Source of the DNA: an uncultured Leifsonia sp.
GTDB lineage: Bacteria; Actinomycetota; Actinomycetes; Actinomycetales; Microbacteriaceae
DNA length: 64,000 bases
Direction: 5' to 3' (one strand)
NCBI RefSeq assembly: GCF_963518615.1
Contig: NZ_CAUQKC010000001.1
Position numbers and translations under genes: made by a program. A model generated the notes under the pieces. It did no database searches. It saw only the letters and a program-made list of their open reading frames with translations, and was not told the origin of the DNA. Shown in pieces: positions 37,575 through 44,878 of this stretch. Each line of letters begins with the position of its first letter. Within the stretch, counting starts at the first letter, position 1.

Positions 37575-37739
37575 ATGCTCTGGATCCTCGGCGCGATCGC
37601 GCTCGTGCTCGCCGCCGGCGCGACGACCTGGTTCGTGCTGGCGGGACGGACGCTGGGACCAGGCGAGTTCGATCTGCTGGCCGAGGACGTGGCGGGGTAC
37701 CAGACCTCCGGCGCGGACCGCGGCGGCCTGCACGGCTGA
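37575..37739 (+). CDS. Possible 54-aa single-TM small protein upstream of the CPBP gene
   Basis: Read by eye and below the ORF-track size cut-off. MLWILGAIALVLAAGATTWFVLAGRTLGPGEFDLLAEDVAGYQTSGADRGGLHG. GC3-rich, but no clear RBS. Confidence 0.3.
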   Translation: MLWILGAIALVLAAGATTWFVLAGRTLGPGEFDLLAEDVAGYQTSGADRGGLHG

Positions 37740-37838
37740 CGCGAGCGGGGTCGGCCGGAGCATGGATGAAGGCGAGCGGGTGAGCGGCGGCCCGAGTGGG
37801 TCGACACGTGTGCGCGGCACACCCGGGCGCACCGCCGC

Positions 37839-38594
37839 ATGAGCGCGCCCGCTCCCGCGCCGTACGCCGCCGCGCGGTACACGCCTCCCGCGTCCATCCG
37901 CTGGAACGGCTGGTGGTTCCTGCTCGCCATCGGACCGCACCTGGTCGTCGCCACCGTGTCGCGCCTGGCTCCGCTTCGCGTGCCGGAGGCCGTCGGTCCC
38001 GCCGTCTCCCTGGCGGTGCCGGTCCTCGTGTACGCGTGGATGACGGTCGTGCTGTTCCTCGCGAGCCGCCTGCGCGGGCTGCGGACGCTCCGCGACGACT
38101 TCGGCTGGTCCATCGAGCCGATCGACCTCCTCACCGGCTCCGCGGCCGCCGTTCTCCTCTTCGCCGTCGCGTTGGTCGTCGCTCCGATCGTGCGCTCGCT
38201 CGGCGCGCCGGAGTCGAACATCCACCTCACGGGCGACCACGCCTTCGACGCGGTGCGGGCCTTCCTCCTGCCGACCGTGCTCGCAGCGCCCGTGGAGGAA
38301 CTGCTGTTCCGGGGGCTGCTGATGCGCTGGATCAGGATCGCGCTCCTCCGGCGCCGGGCCGAGAGCCAGACAGCGGCAGTCCACGTGAGCGTCGTCGTGT
38401 CGGCCGGCGCCTTCGCGCTCGCGCACCTCCACGAGGCGTTCACCCTCGGCGGCGTGGTGAACCTCAGCCTCCAGACCTTCGCGCTCGGGATCGTCGCCGG
38501 CTACCTGGCGACCCGGACCGGACGGCTGGGGCCGGCCGTCGTGGCGCACGGCCTGCACAACGCGATCGTCGGGATCGTTGTGCTCACCTCCTGA
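37839..38594 (+). CDS. CPBP family intramembrane glutamic endopeptidase (CAAX protease/Abi)
   Basis: 251 aa, multi-TM. Motif 1 EELLFRG, motif 2 FALAHL, motif 3 HGLHNA. Confidence 0.85.
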   Translation: MSAPAPAPYAAARYTPPASIRWNGWWFLLAIGPHLVVATVSRLAPLRVPEAVGPAVSLAVPVLVYAWMTVVLFLASRLRGLRTLRDDFGWSIEPIDLLTGSAAAVLLFAVALVVAPIVRSLGAPESNIHLTGDHAFDAVRAFLLPTVLAAPVEELLFRGLLMRWIRIALLRRRAESQTAAVHVSVVVSAGAFALAHLHEAFTLGGVVNLSLQTFALGIVAGYLATRTGRLGPAVVAHGLHNAIVGIVVLTS

Positions 38595-38613
38595 TCGGAG
38601 CGGAGGTCATCGC

Positions 38614-39207
38614 CTAGTCCCAGATCGGCCGGACGCGGCGCGCCAGCTCCAACAGGGGCGCGCTGTCGACGACCAGCCGTGACTCCGGGATGCCCTGCGC
38701 CGGCCATTGCGTGATCACCTCGATGGGTCCCGCCGGCGGGAGCGGCCACAGCCAGAGCCCGTCCTCCCAGCGGTAGCTCCGGTCAGATCCGCCGCCTCCC
38801 CCGCCGCTCGGCGCCAGCGTGTGCCCGGTCGGCTCGTCGTCGCCGAACGGCAGCCCGGGACCCGCATCGGCCAGCAGCCGCTGCCCGTCGCCGAGGGCGA
38901 GACCGTAGCGCACGCGCTCCGGATCCTGGCCTCCGAAGAAGGGCTGTCCACCCCACTGGAGCAGCTGCCAGTCCCGCTCGGACAGCTCTCCGCGGCGCAT
39001 CCTGCGATCGATGACGACATCGACGCCAATGCTGTACACGCGCGCCTCGCGCACGAAGATGGCCGCGTTCTCGCCGGTGGCCAGCCGCTCCGCGATCGGG
39101 AACAGCAGCGGGAACTCGTCCTCCGGCGGCTGCCACCACGGCGGCGAGACGTGCTGCTGGGGCGCGGAGTCCCCCTCCTGGGGCGGGTCGGGCGGGAAGA
39201 AGAACAT
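38614..39207 (-). CDS. Hypothetical protein (Pro/Trp-rich N-terminus, internal Gly6 tract)
   Basis: The ORF is 38614..39243; the Met at 39207 (MFFFPPDPPQEG) is the likely start. No family recognised. Confidence 0.5.
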   Translation of the reverse strand: MFFFPPDPPQEGDSAPQQHVSPPWWQPPEDEFPLLFPIAERLATGENAAIFVREARVYSIGVDVVIDRRMRRGELSERDWQLLQWGGQPFFGGQDPERVRYGLALGDGQRLLADAGPGLPFGDDEPTGHTLAPSGGGGGGSDRSYRWEDGLWLWPLPPAGPIEVITQWPAQGIPESRLVVDSAPLLELARRVRPIWD

Positions 39208-39410
39208 GCGGCAACCCGACCACGCGGGCGGACCTCCACGCAAGACCCGGCGCGCGTGTCCCCGAGCGGTACGTGTGACCGTGCGCGAGCAGGGGCGCGG
39301 TGTACCGGGTGGGGACGTATGGGCGGGACCGCGGTGGCCCGCACGGGTGACCGCGTGGCGGAGTGGGTTTGGGCGAGCGGCGGTGGTCGTCGCCTGGCTA
39401 CGCTGACCTC

Positions 39411-39569
39411 ATGACCACGACACCCCGCGAGCTCGAAGACGAGCTGCAGGTCTCCGCGAAGACCATCCGCGCGTTCCTCCGCGAGGAGTACCCGGAGCAC
39501 GATCATGGTGCGCGGTGGGAGCTGGACGAGCACCAGGCCACCGTGGCGCGGGCGCGCTTCTCGGGCTGA
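39411..39569 (+). CDS. Small 52-aa protein with possible helix-turn-helix
   Basis: MTTTPRELEDELQVSAKTIRAFLREEYPEHDHG... The segment ELEDELQVSAKTIRAFL resembles an HTH recognition unit. The call is weak. Confidence 0.35.
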   Translation: MTTTPRELEDELQVSAKTIRAFLREEYPEHDHGARWELDEHQATVARARFSG

Positions 39570-39571
39570 CC

Positions 39572-39853
39572 GTGGAAGACCTCGACCGGACGGACAGCCC
39601 GGATCAGAACAAGCCGCCCCGCACGCGCCCGTGGTGGGTCAGTGGCGCGACGCTCAGGAACTCCCGGAACATGGCGATCTGGTGCTCCGTGATGACCATC
39701 GCCTGGGGGGTGCTCGTGTTCGTCACCGGCAATCGGAATCCGTGGAACGCCGCTCTCTGCGCCTCGTGGGGCATCCTCGCTGCCTGGGCGTGGCTCAGCG
39801 TGCGCTCGTTCACCCGCAACGGCGAGCGGTCTGATCGGGACGACCAGCGATAG
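39572..39853 (+). CDS. Small 2-TM membrane protein
   Basis: GTG at 39572 lies 2 nt after the preceding stop. An alternative ATG is at 39671. TM helices IWCSVMTIAWGVLVFV and ALCASWGILAAWAWL. Confidence 0.4.
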   Translation: MEDLDRTDSPDQNKPPRTRPWWVSGATLRNSRNMAIWCSVMTIAWGVLVFVTGNRNPWNAALCASWGILAAWAWLSVRSFTRNGERSDRDDQR

Positions 39854-39938
39854 GCACAGAAACCGCATGCCTGCATCGAGGATCGAGGAGCGCCGATCTG
39901 TAGGATCGCCCTGGATGTCGTCGCGGACAGGGGGAACC

Positions 39939-40499
39939 ATGAACAGAAGCAGGCGCGCTCTCAGCACCGCGATGGTCGCTGCCGCAGCGGTGGCGGCGGC
40001 GACCGTTCTGGTGCTCTCCGTGGCCGGCTGCAGCGGCGCCCCGCACACCCCGATCTCCATTCACAAGGCGAACCACCCGGCGACTCCCTCCGCCGCTGCC
40101 TCGCTCGCACCGACCACGACGCCGACTCCCGTGGCGACGACCGCGACCTGCCACGGCTGGGGGTTCTGGGCACGGGACTACCTCAGCGAGGCAGAGCAGC
40201 CGGTGGACTGCGGTCCGATTCCGTACGCCACGGGGACCGCGAAGGTGAACAGCACGGGCGTACCGGTGGCCTATGTCGTCGCTCCTGGCGACATCTGGGA
40301 GTTCATCGCCAAGCGCTTCGACCTCGGCACGGCGTATCTCACGGGGATCAACGCCGTGAGACGCGACGAGGCTGCAACCCCGTACGCCGGCGACACGATC
40401 AACCTCGACCCGGCGACCATCACGACCGTCGGGGATCAGAACGGCGTCGTCTACCACCACGAAGACCGGCTCCCCGATCCTCACGTGCCCCAGCACTGA
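39939..40499 (+). CDS. LysM domain lipoprotein
   Basis: ATG at 39939. Signal peptide plus lipobox (LVLSVAGC), a Thr/Pro linker, and a LysM-like YVVAPGDIWEFIAKRFDLGTAYLTGINAV...GDTINL. Confidence 0.75.
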   Translation: MNRSRRALSTAMVAAAAVAAATVLVLSVAGCSGAPHTPISIHKANHPATPSAAASLAPTTTPTPVATTATCHGWGFWARDYLSEAEQPVDCGPIPYATGTAKVNSTGVPVAYVVAPGDIWEFIAKRFDLGTAYLTGINAVRRDEAATPYAGDTINLDPATITTVGDQNGVVYHHEDRLPDPHVPQH

Positions 40500-40540
40500 C
40501 CCGCTGGTTCAGCGGCCTGTACACGACGACTGAGGGTCCG

Positions 40541-41010
40541 ATGACGGTATCGGAGCGCGGTCCCGCCGTCGCGCACGCGACGACGCGGTTGCGCCGGCGC
40601 ACCGTCGCGGCGAACATCCTCATCGCCATCGCCCTGCTGGTGCTGCTGCTCATGACGGTCGCCGACTGGTACCTGATCACCCGGCTGAACGTCGTCACGC
40701 GGCTTTTCATGTTCGGTGTGCTCGTCGCTGCCGGCTGGATCCCTGTGACACTCGTCATCATCGCCGTGCGCCTGCGGCCGTACTGGGCGCCTTCATCGCG
40801 CTCGGCGCCGTCGGCGTCGCGGTGCTGACGACCCTGGTCCTCGTCTGGACGGTCCCCGACGCGCCCTACCCGTATCCGACGACCTCGTGGCCGCGGCGGG
40901 TGATGAAGGCGGGGGGCCAGCGAGCAGGCCGAAGCCGTCGCATACCGACCCCTTCCCGGAACGGGCCTCGCTCACGATCTCACGCTCCCCCAGCCGTGCG
41001 CGATCTCTGA
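40541..41010 (+). pseudogene. Frameshifted paralog of the 32841..33206 membrane protein
   Basis: Frame 1 (40541-40828) matches the paralog up to RLRPYW. Homology continues in the -1 frame (FIALGAVGVAVLTTLVLVWTVPD...TSWPRR) after an apparent 1-nt loss near 40787-40792. There is no stop at the homologous position, so the ORF runs on to 41010. Confidence 0.65.
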
Positions 41011-41032
41011 GCCGACGACGCCGGAAACGACG

Positions 41033-41056
41033 AAACCCCCGGTCTCCCGGGGGTTT
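41033..41056. terminator. Bidirectional hairpin terminator between the pseudogene and tRNA-Val
   Basis: aaacccccgg-tctc-ccgggggttt, a 10-bp stem with T-rich flanks on both strands. Confidence 0.65.
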
Positions 41057-41063
41057 CTCTCTG

Positions 41064-41135
41064 TGGGCGATACTGGGATCGAACCAGTGACCTCTTCCGT
41101 GTCAGGGAAGCGCGCTACCGCTGCGCCAATCGCCC
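41064..41135 (-). tRNA. tRNA-Val (anticodon GAC)
   Basis: The reverse complement GGGCGATTGGCGCAGCGGTAGCGCGCTTCCCTGACACGGAAGAGGTCACTGGTTCGATCCCAGTATCGCCCA folds as a cloverleaf with anticodon loop CTGACAC. Confidence 0.93.
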
Positions 41136-41156
41136 GAGCCTGACGAATCAGGATCG

Positions 41157-41227
41157 AGGTGGATACGGGATTCGAACCCGTGTATACGGCTTTGCAGGCC
41201 GCTGCCTCGCCTCTCGGCCAATCCACC
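41157..41227 (-). tRNA. tRNA-Cys (anticodon GCA)
   Basis: The reverse complement is GGTGGATTGGCCGAGAGGCGAGGCAGCGGCCTGCAAAGCCGTATACACGGGTTCGAATCCCGTATCCACCT. Anticodon loop CTGCAAA, U73 discriminator. Confidence 0.92.
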
Positions 41228-41286
41228 GAACGGGTTGTTCACCGTATTCGAGAGGCCCGGAATCGTTCAGAAACCGGGCCGGCTCG

Positions 41287-41359
41287 AGCGGATGACGAGA
41301 CTCGAACTCGCGACCCTCACCTTGGCAAGGTGATGCGCTACCAACTGCGCTACATCCGC
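41287..41359 (-). tRNA. tRNA-Gly (anticodon GCC)
   Basis: The reverse complement is GCGGATGTAGCGCAGTTGGTAGCGCATCACCTTGCCAAGGTGAGGGTCGCGAGTTCGAGTCTCGTCATCCGCT. Anticodon loop TTGCCAA. Confidence 0.92.
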
Positions 41360-41504
41360 ATTTCGTTCCGCGGTCTCCCGCGGCACTTGAATGACTTTAG
41401 CCGATCCCGACGCCGATGACAAAACCGGACGCGCCGTCCGGGTGTGTCGCGGCGCGCGACCCGCCCGACGGCCGGCCGATGTGCATTCCGGGCCTCGCGT
41501 CGGC

Positions 41505-41510
41505 TAGTAT
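41505..41510 (+). promoter_or_regulatory. Candidate -10 box (TAGTAT) for tRNA-Val(CAC)
   Basis: Lies about 38 nt upstream of the mature tRNA 5' end, in the 188-bp divergent spacer. Confidence 0.3.
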
Positions 41511-41547
41511 CGAATCTCGCAGCCGGGCGACCGGCCGCGGTCCGCAC

Positions 41548-41620
41548 GGGCGATTGGCGCAGTTGGTAGCGCGCTTCCTTCACACGGAAGAGGTCATCAG
41601 TTCGAGTCTGGTATCGCCCA
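41548..41620 (+). tRNA. tRNA-Val (anticodon CAC); genomically encoded CCA follows at 41621-41623
   Basis: GGGCGATTGGCGCAGTTGGTAGCGCGCTTCCTTCACACGGAAGAGGTCATCAGTTCGAGTCTGGTATCGCCCA. Anticodon loop TTCACAC. Confidence 0.93.
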
Positions 41621-41632
41621 CCACCAGCGACA

Positions 41633-41668
41633 GAACCCCCCGGCACGCGCCGGGGGGTTCTTGCTGTG
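41633..41668. terminator. Bidirectional intrinsic terminator (tRNA-Val(CAC) / paaK)
   Basis: 11-bp perfect stem gaaccccccgg / ccggggggttc with a 6-nt loop, followed by TTCTTGCTG. Confidence 0.7.
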
Positions 41669-41696
41669 CCCCGTCCGGGATCGTCGGCCCCAGCGT

Positions 41697-43010
41697 TCAG
41701 CGGTAGTCGTAGACCCGCTGGTACTTTCCTTCGCTGCGCGGGAGCTCCCCCGGCTCCACGAGCACCACGTCGACAGTCGTACCGATGTGCGACTTGATGC
41801 GCTGCTGGAGCACGACCGCAGCCGTCTCGCAGACAGCGCGTTCGAGGGACGGATGCCGTTCGATCCGGACGGTCATCGCGTCCATGCGACCGCTCGTGCG
41901 CAACTCCAGGACGAAATGCGGTGTGAGCGCCTCGATGCCCAGGACGAGTTCCTCGATCTGGGTCGGGAAGAGATTCACGCCCCGGACGATGATCATGTCG
42001 TCGTTGCGCCCGGTGATCTTCTCGATACGCCGCATCGCGGGGAACGCGGTCCCCGGCAGAAGACGGGTGAGGTCGCGCGTGCGATACCGGATGACCGGGA
42101 ACGCCTCCTTCGTCAGCGACGTGAGCACCAGCTCCCCGATCTCACCGTCCGCCACCTGCGCGCCGGAGTCGCCGTCGACCGTCTCGGGCAGGAAGTGGTC
42201 CTCCCACACGTGCGGACCATCCTTCGTGGTGACGGCCTCGTTCGCGACACCGGGTCCCATGACCTCGCTGAGGCCGTAGATGTCGACGGCGTCGATGCCG
42301 AGCCGCCGCTCGATCTCCCGGCGGAGTTCGTTGGTCCACGGCTCGGCGCCGAGAATGGCCACTTTCAGGGACGTCGAGCGAGGGTCGATGCCGGCCTCGA
42401 CCATCGCATCGGCGATCGCGAGCAGGTAACTCGGCGTGCACATGATGGCGTCCGGCTCGAAGTCGGTGATCAGCTGCACCTGGCGCGCGGTCCTGCCGCC
42501 GGATACCGGGATGACGGTGGCGCCCAGCTTCTCGATCCCGGCGTGTGCGCCCAGCCCTCCCGTGAACAGCCCGTATCCGTAGGCGTTGTGCACCTTCATC
42601 CCGGGACGTACGCCGGCGGCGCGCAGACACCGCGCGACGAGCGTCGCCCAGCGCTCGAGGTCTCCCGCCGTATAGCCGACGACAGTCGGCCGACCTGTTG
42701 TACCCGACGAGGCATGGACGCGCGCGACCCGCTCCATCGGCACGGCGAACATCCCGAACGGGTAGGTTTCGCGGAGGTCAGCCTTGGTCGTGAAGGGAAA
42801 GCGCCGGATGTCGTCGACCGTGCGCAGGTCGTCGGGTCCGACACCCGCCTCGTCGAATTTGCGCCGGTACAGCGGCACATTGTCGTAGGCATGGCGGACC
42901 GTCCACCGCAGGCGCTTCAGCTGGAGCTGGCGCAGTTCATCGCGGGTGATCAGCGAAGGGTCGACATCGCCGAGGGTGGGCATCGCGGAAGCGTTCGCCG
43001 TGTGTGACAT
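41697..43010 (-). CDS. paaK: Phenylacetate--CoA ligase
   Basis: 437 aa. LRWTVRHAYDNVPLYRRKFDEAGV, SSGTTGRPT AMP-binding motif, YGLSEVMGPGV. Confidence 0.92.
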   Translation of the reverse strand: MSHTANASAMPTLGDVDPSLITRDELRQLQLKRLRWTVRHAYDNVPLYRRKFDEAGVGPDDLRTVDDIRRFPFTTKADLRETYPFGMFAVPMERVARVHASSGTTGRPTVVGYTAGDLERWATLVARCLRAAGVRPGMKVHNAYGYGLFTGGLGAHAGIEKLGATVIPVSGGRTARQVQLITDFEPDAIMCTPSYLLAIADAMVEAGIDPRSTSLKVAILGAEPWTNELRREIERRLGIDAVDIYGLSEVMGPGVANEAVTTKDGPHVWEDHFLPETVDGDSGAQVADGEIGELVLTSLTKEAFPVIRYRTRDLTRLLPGTAFPAMRRIEKITGRNDDMIIVRGVNLFPTQIEELVLGIEALTPHFVLELRTSGRMDAMTVRIERHPSLERAVCETAAVVLQQRIKSHIGTTVDVVLVEPGELPRSEGKYQRVYDYR

Positions 43011-43033
43011 GGGGTCCTCCGGAAGGTGGGGGG

Positions 43034-43444
43034 TCAGCCTGCTTGCGGGCGGTCGGTCGTGAGAGAACGGCCGCGGAATTCGGCGACGACATCGCCCGCC
43101 TCGTCGACGACCGTCACGTCATAGATCCCGGTGCGACCTCTCACGACGCGCCGGGATGCGTGAGCGGTCAGCGTCTGGCCGACGGTCGTGGACTTCAGGA
43201 ACGAGATGTCGGCACCGGCGGCGACCGTCACCCGCTCGTCTTCGTTGCAGGCCAGGGCGAACGCCGTGTCGGCAAGTGCGAACACGATGCCGCCATGGGT
43301 GATGGCGAACCCGTTGAGCATGTCGTCGCGCACGACCATGCTGACCGCGGCCTCGCCCGGGTCGTCGACTTCTATCCGCAGCCCGAGCGCCGCCGATGCC
43401 CGGTCACGCCGGATCATCGGACGCGTATGCGCGTTCATGCGCAT
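43034..43444 (-). CDS. paaI: Hydroxyphenylacetyl-CoA thioesterase PaaI (hotdog fold)
   Basis: 136 aa. NGFAITHGGIVFALADTAFALACN motif. The start may be one of several N-terminal Met codons. Confidence 0.85.
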   Translation of the reverse strand: MRMNAHTRPMIRRDRASAALGLRIEVDDPGEAAVSMVVRDDMLNGFAITHGGIVFALADTAFALACNEDERVTVAAGADISFLKSTTVGQTLTAHASRRVVRGRTGIYDVTVVDEAGDVVAEFRGRSLTTDRPQAG

Positions 43445-43466
43445 ACCTCCGGTCCCGTCCTCACGG

Positions 43467-44873
43467 CTAACCCTGGATGATCTGCGGTTGGGCGACGGAC
43501 TTCAGGCCGGCCACCCCGAACTCCAGCCCATAGCCCGACTGCTTCGCTCCGCCGAACGGGACGAACGGGTTGATGGTTCCGTGCGAGTTGATCCAGACCG
43601 TGCCGGCCTGGATCCGAGCGGCGAGCTCACGGGCGCGCTCCCGGTCGGACGACCAGACCGAGGCGCCGAGGCCCGCATCGAGCTCGTTGGCCAGGCGCAC
43701 GGCCTCATCCAGATCGGTGTAGCGGACGATCGGCAGTGCAGGACCGAACTGCTCCTCGACGACGAGGTCGTTGTGCGGGTCGATATCGGCGATCAGCGTT
43801 GTCGGGTAGAAGTAGCCGACCGCATCGCGGTCGGGATCGCCGCCCAGCACCACGCGCGCACCAGAGGCCTTCGCCGACGCGACGAGACGGTCGACGATCT
43901 CGAACTGCATATCGTTCTGCAGCGGGCCGAGCACATTCTCCTCATCGAGGCCGTTGCCCATCGGCATCCGCGCGGCGACCTCGGCGAGCGCCGACACGAC
44001 GCTGTCGTAGATCGCGTCCGGCACGTAGAGGCGCTTCAGCGCCGCACAGGTCTGTCCGGTGTTGATGAAGGCGCCCCAGAAGAGGTCTTCGGCGATCGCT
44101 TCCGGGTCGACATCGTCGAGCACGATCCCCGCGTCGTTGCCGCCGAGCTCGAGCGTGAGCCGCTTGATGCTGCCGGAGCTCGCCTCGATGATCTTCTTCC
44201 CCGTGCGCGTCGAACCCGTGAACATGATCTTCTCGACCAGGTCGCTTTCCACGATGCGCGATCCCAGGTCGCCGCCGCCGGCGACGACGTTCAGCACGCC
44301 GTCCGGAAGAACCGTGTTGACCACGTGAGCGAGGGCGAGTCCGGACAGTGTCGTGTATTCGGACGGCTTCTGCACGACGGCGTTACCCATGCGCAGCGCC
44401 GGGATGATCTGCCAGATCGCGATCATCATCGGCCAGTTCCACGGCGTGATCGCGCCAACCACGCCGAGGGGACGGTAGTGCATCTCGGCGTAGGTCTCGC
44501 CGTCGTCGATGACGACTTCCACCGGCAACGGTGTGGCGGCGGGAACCCGCGTCCAGGCGGCGCACGCGCTCACCTCGAAGCGGGCGTTCGGTCCGTTCAG
44601 CGGCTTGCCCTGCTCACGTGAGAGCAATTCGGCGAGCGCCTCGGCGTTCGCCTCGATCGCATCGGCGATCCGGTTCAGGTGGCCGACGCGCTCCTCGTCG
44701 CTCAGCGCAGCCCATGCGGGCTGCGCGGCGCGCGCACGGTCGATGGCCGCGTCGACCTCGGCGGCGGACTGGACCGGGACGCGTCCGATCAGCTCCCCGG
44801 TCGCGGGATCGTGCACCTCACGGCCGCCCTCCCGCACCGTGATGGCCTGCAGAAGCTCGTTGTAACGTGACAT
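43467..44873 (-). CDS. NAD-dependent aldehyde dehydrogenase (phenylacetaldehyde dehydrogenase-like by context)
   Basis: ATG at 44873, 468 aa. ITPWNWP, ELGGND and catalytic GQTCAA motifs. The upstream part of ORF 43467..45905 is a shadow of the oxidase gene. Confidence 0.9.
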   Translation of the reverse strand: MSRYNELLQAITVREGGREVHDPATGELIGRVPVQSAAEVDAAIDRARAAQPAWAALSDEERVGHLNRIADAIEANAEALAELLSREQGKPLNGPNARFEVSACAAWTRVPAATPLPVEVVIDDGETYAEMHYRPLGVVGAITPWNWPMMIAIWQIIPALRMGNAVVQKPSEYTTLSGLALAHVVNTVLPDGVLNVVAGGGDLGSRIVESDLVEKIMFTGSTRTGKKIIEASSGSIKRLTLELGGNDAGIVLDDVDPEAIAEDLFWGAFINTGQTCAALKRLYVPDAIYDSVVSALAEVAARMPMGNGLDEENVLGPLQNDMQFEIVDRLVASAKASGARVVLGGDPDRDAVGYFYPTTLIADIDPHNDLVVEEQFGPALPIVRYTDLDEAVRLANELDAGLGASVWSSDRERARELAARIQAGTVWINSHGTINPFVPFGGAKQSGYGLEFGVAGLKSVAQPQIIQG

Positions 44874-44878
44874 TCGGT

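Noticed and set aside
39854-39938. ydaO-type (c-di-AMP) riboswitch upstream of the LysM lipoprotein, as is often seen before actinobacterial wall hydrolase genes.
   Set aside because: The spacer is only 85 nt, too short for the ~140-nt motif, and no pseudo-symmetric ACGGGG/GGGGACCC elements are present.
40787-40792. Programmed ribosomal frameshift in the paralogous membrane-protein gene.
   Set aside because: There is no slippery heptamer or downstream structure at the site. The loss of the normal stop codon also argues for decay or a sequencing error.
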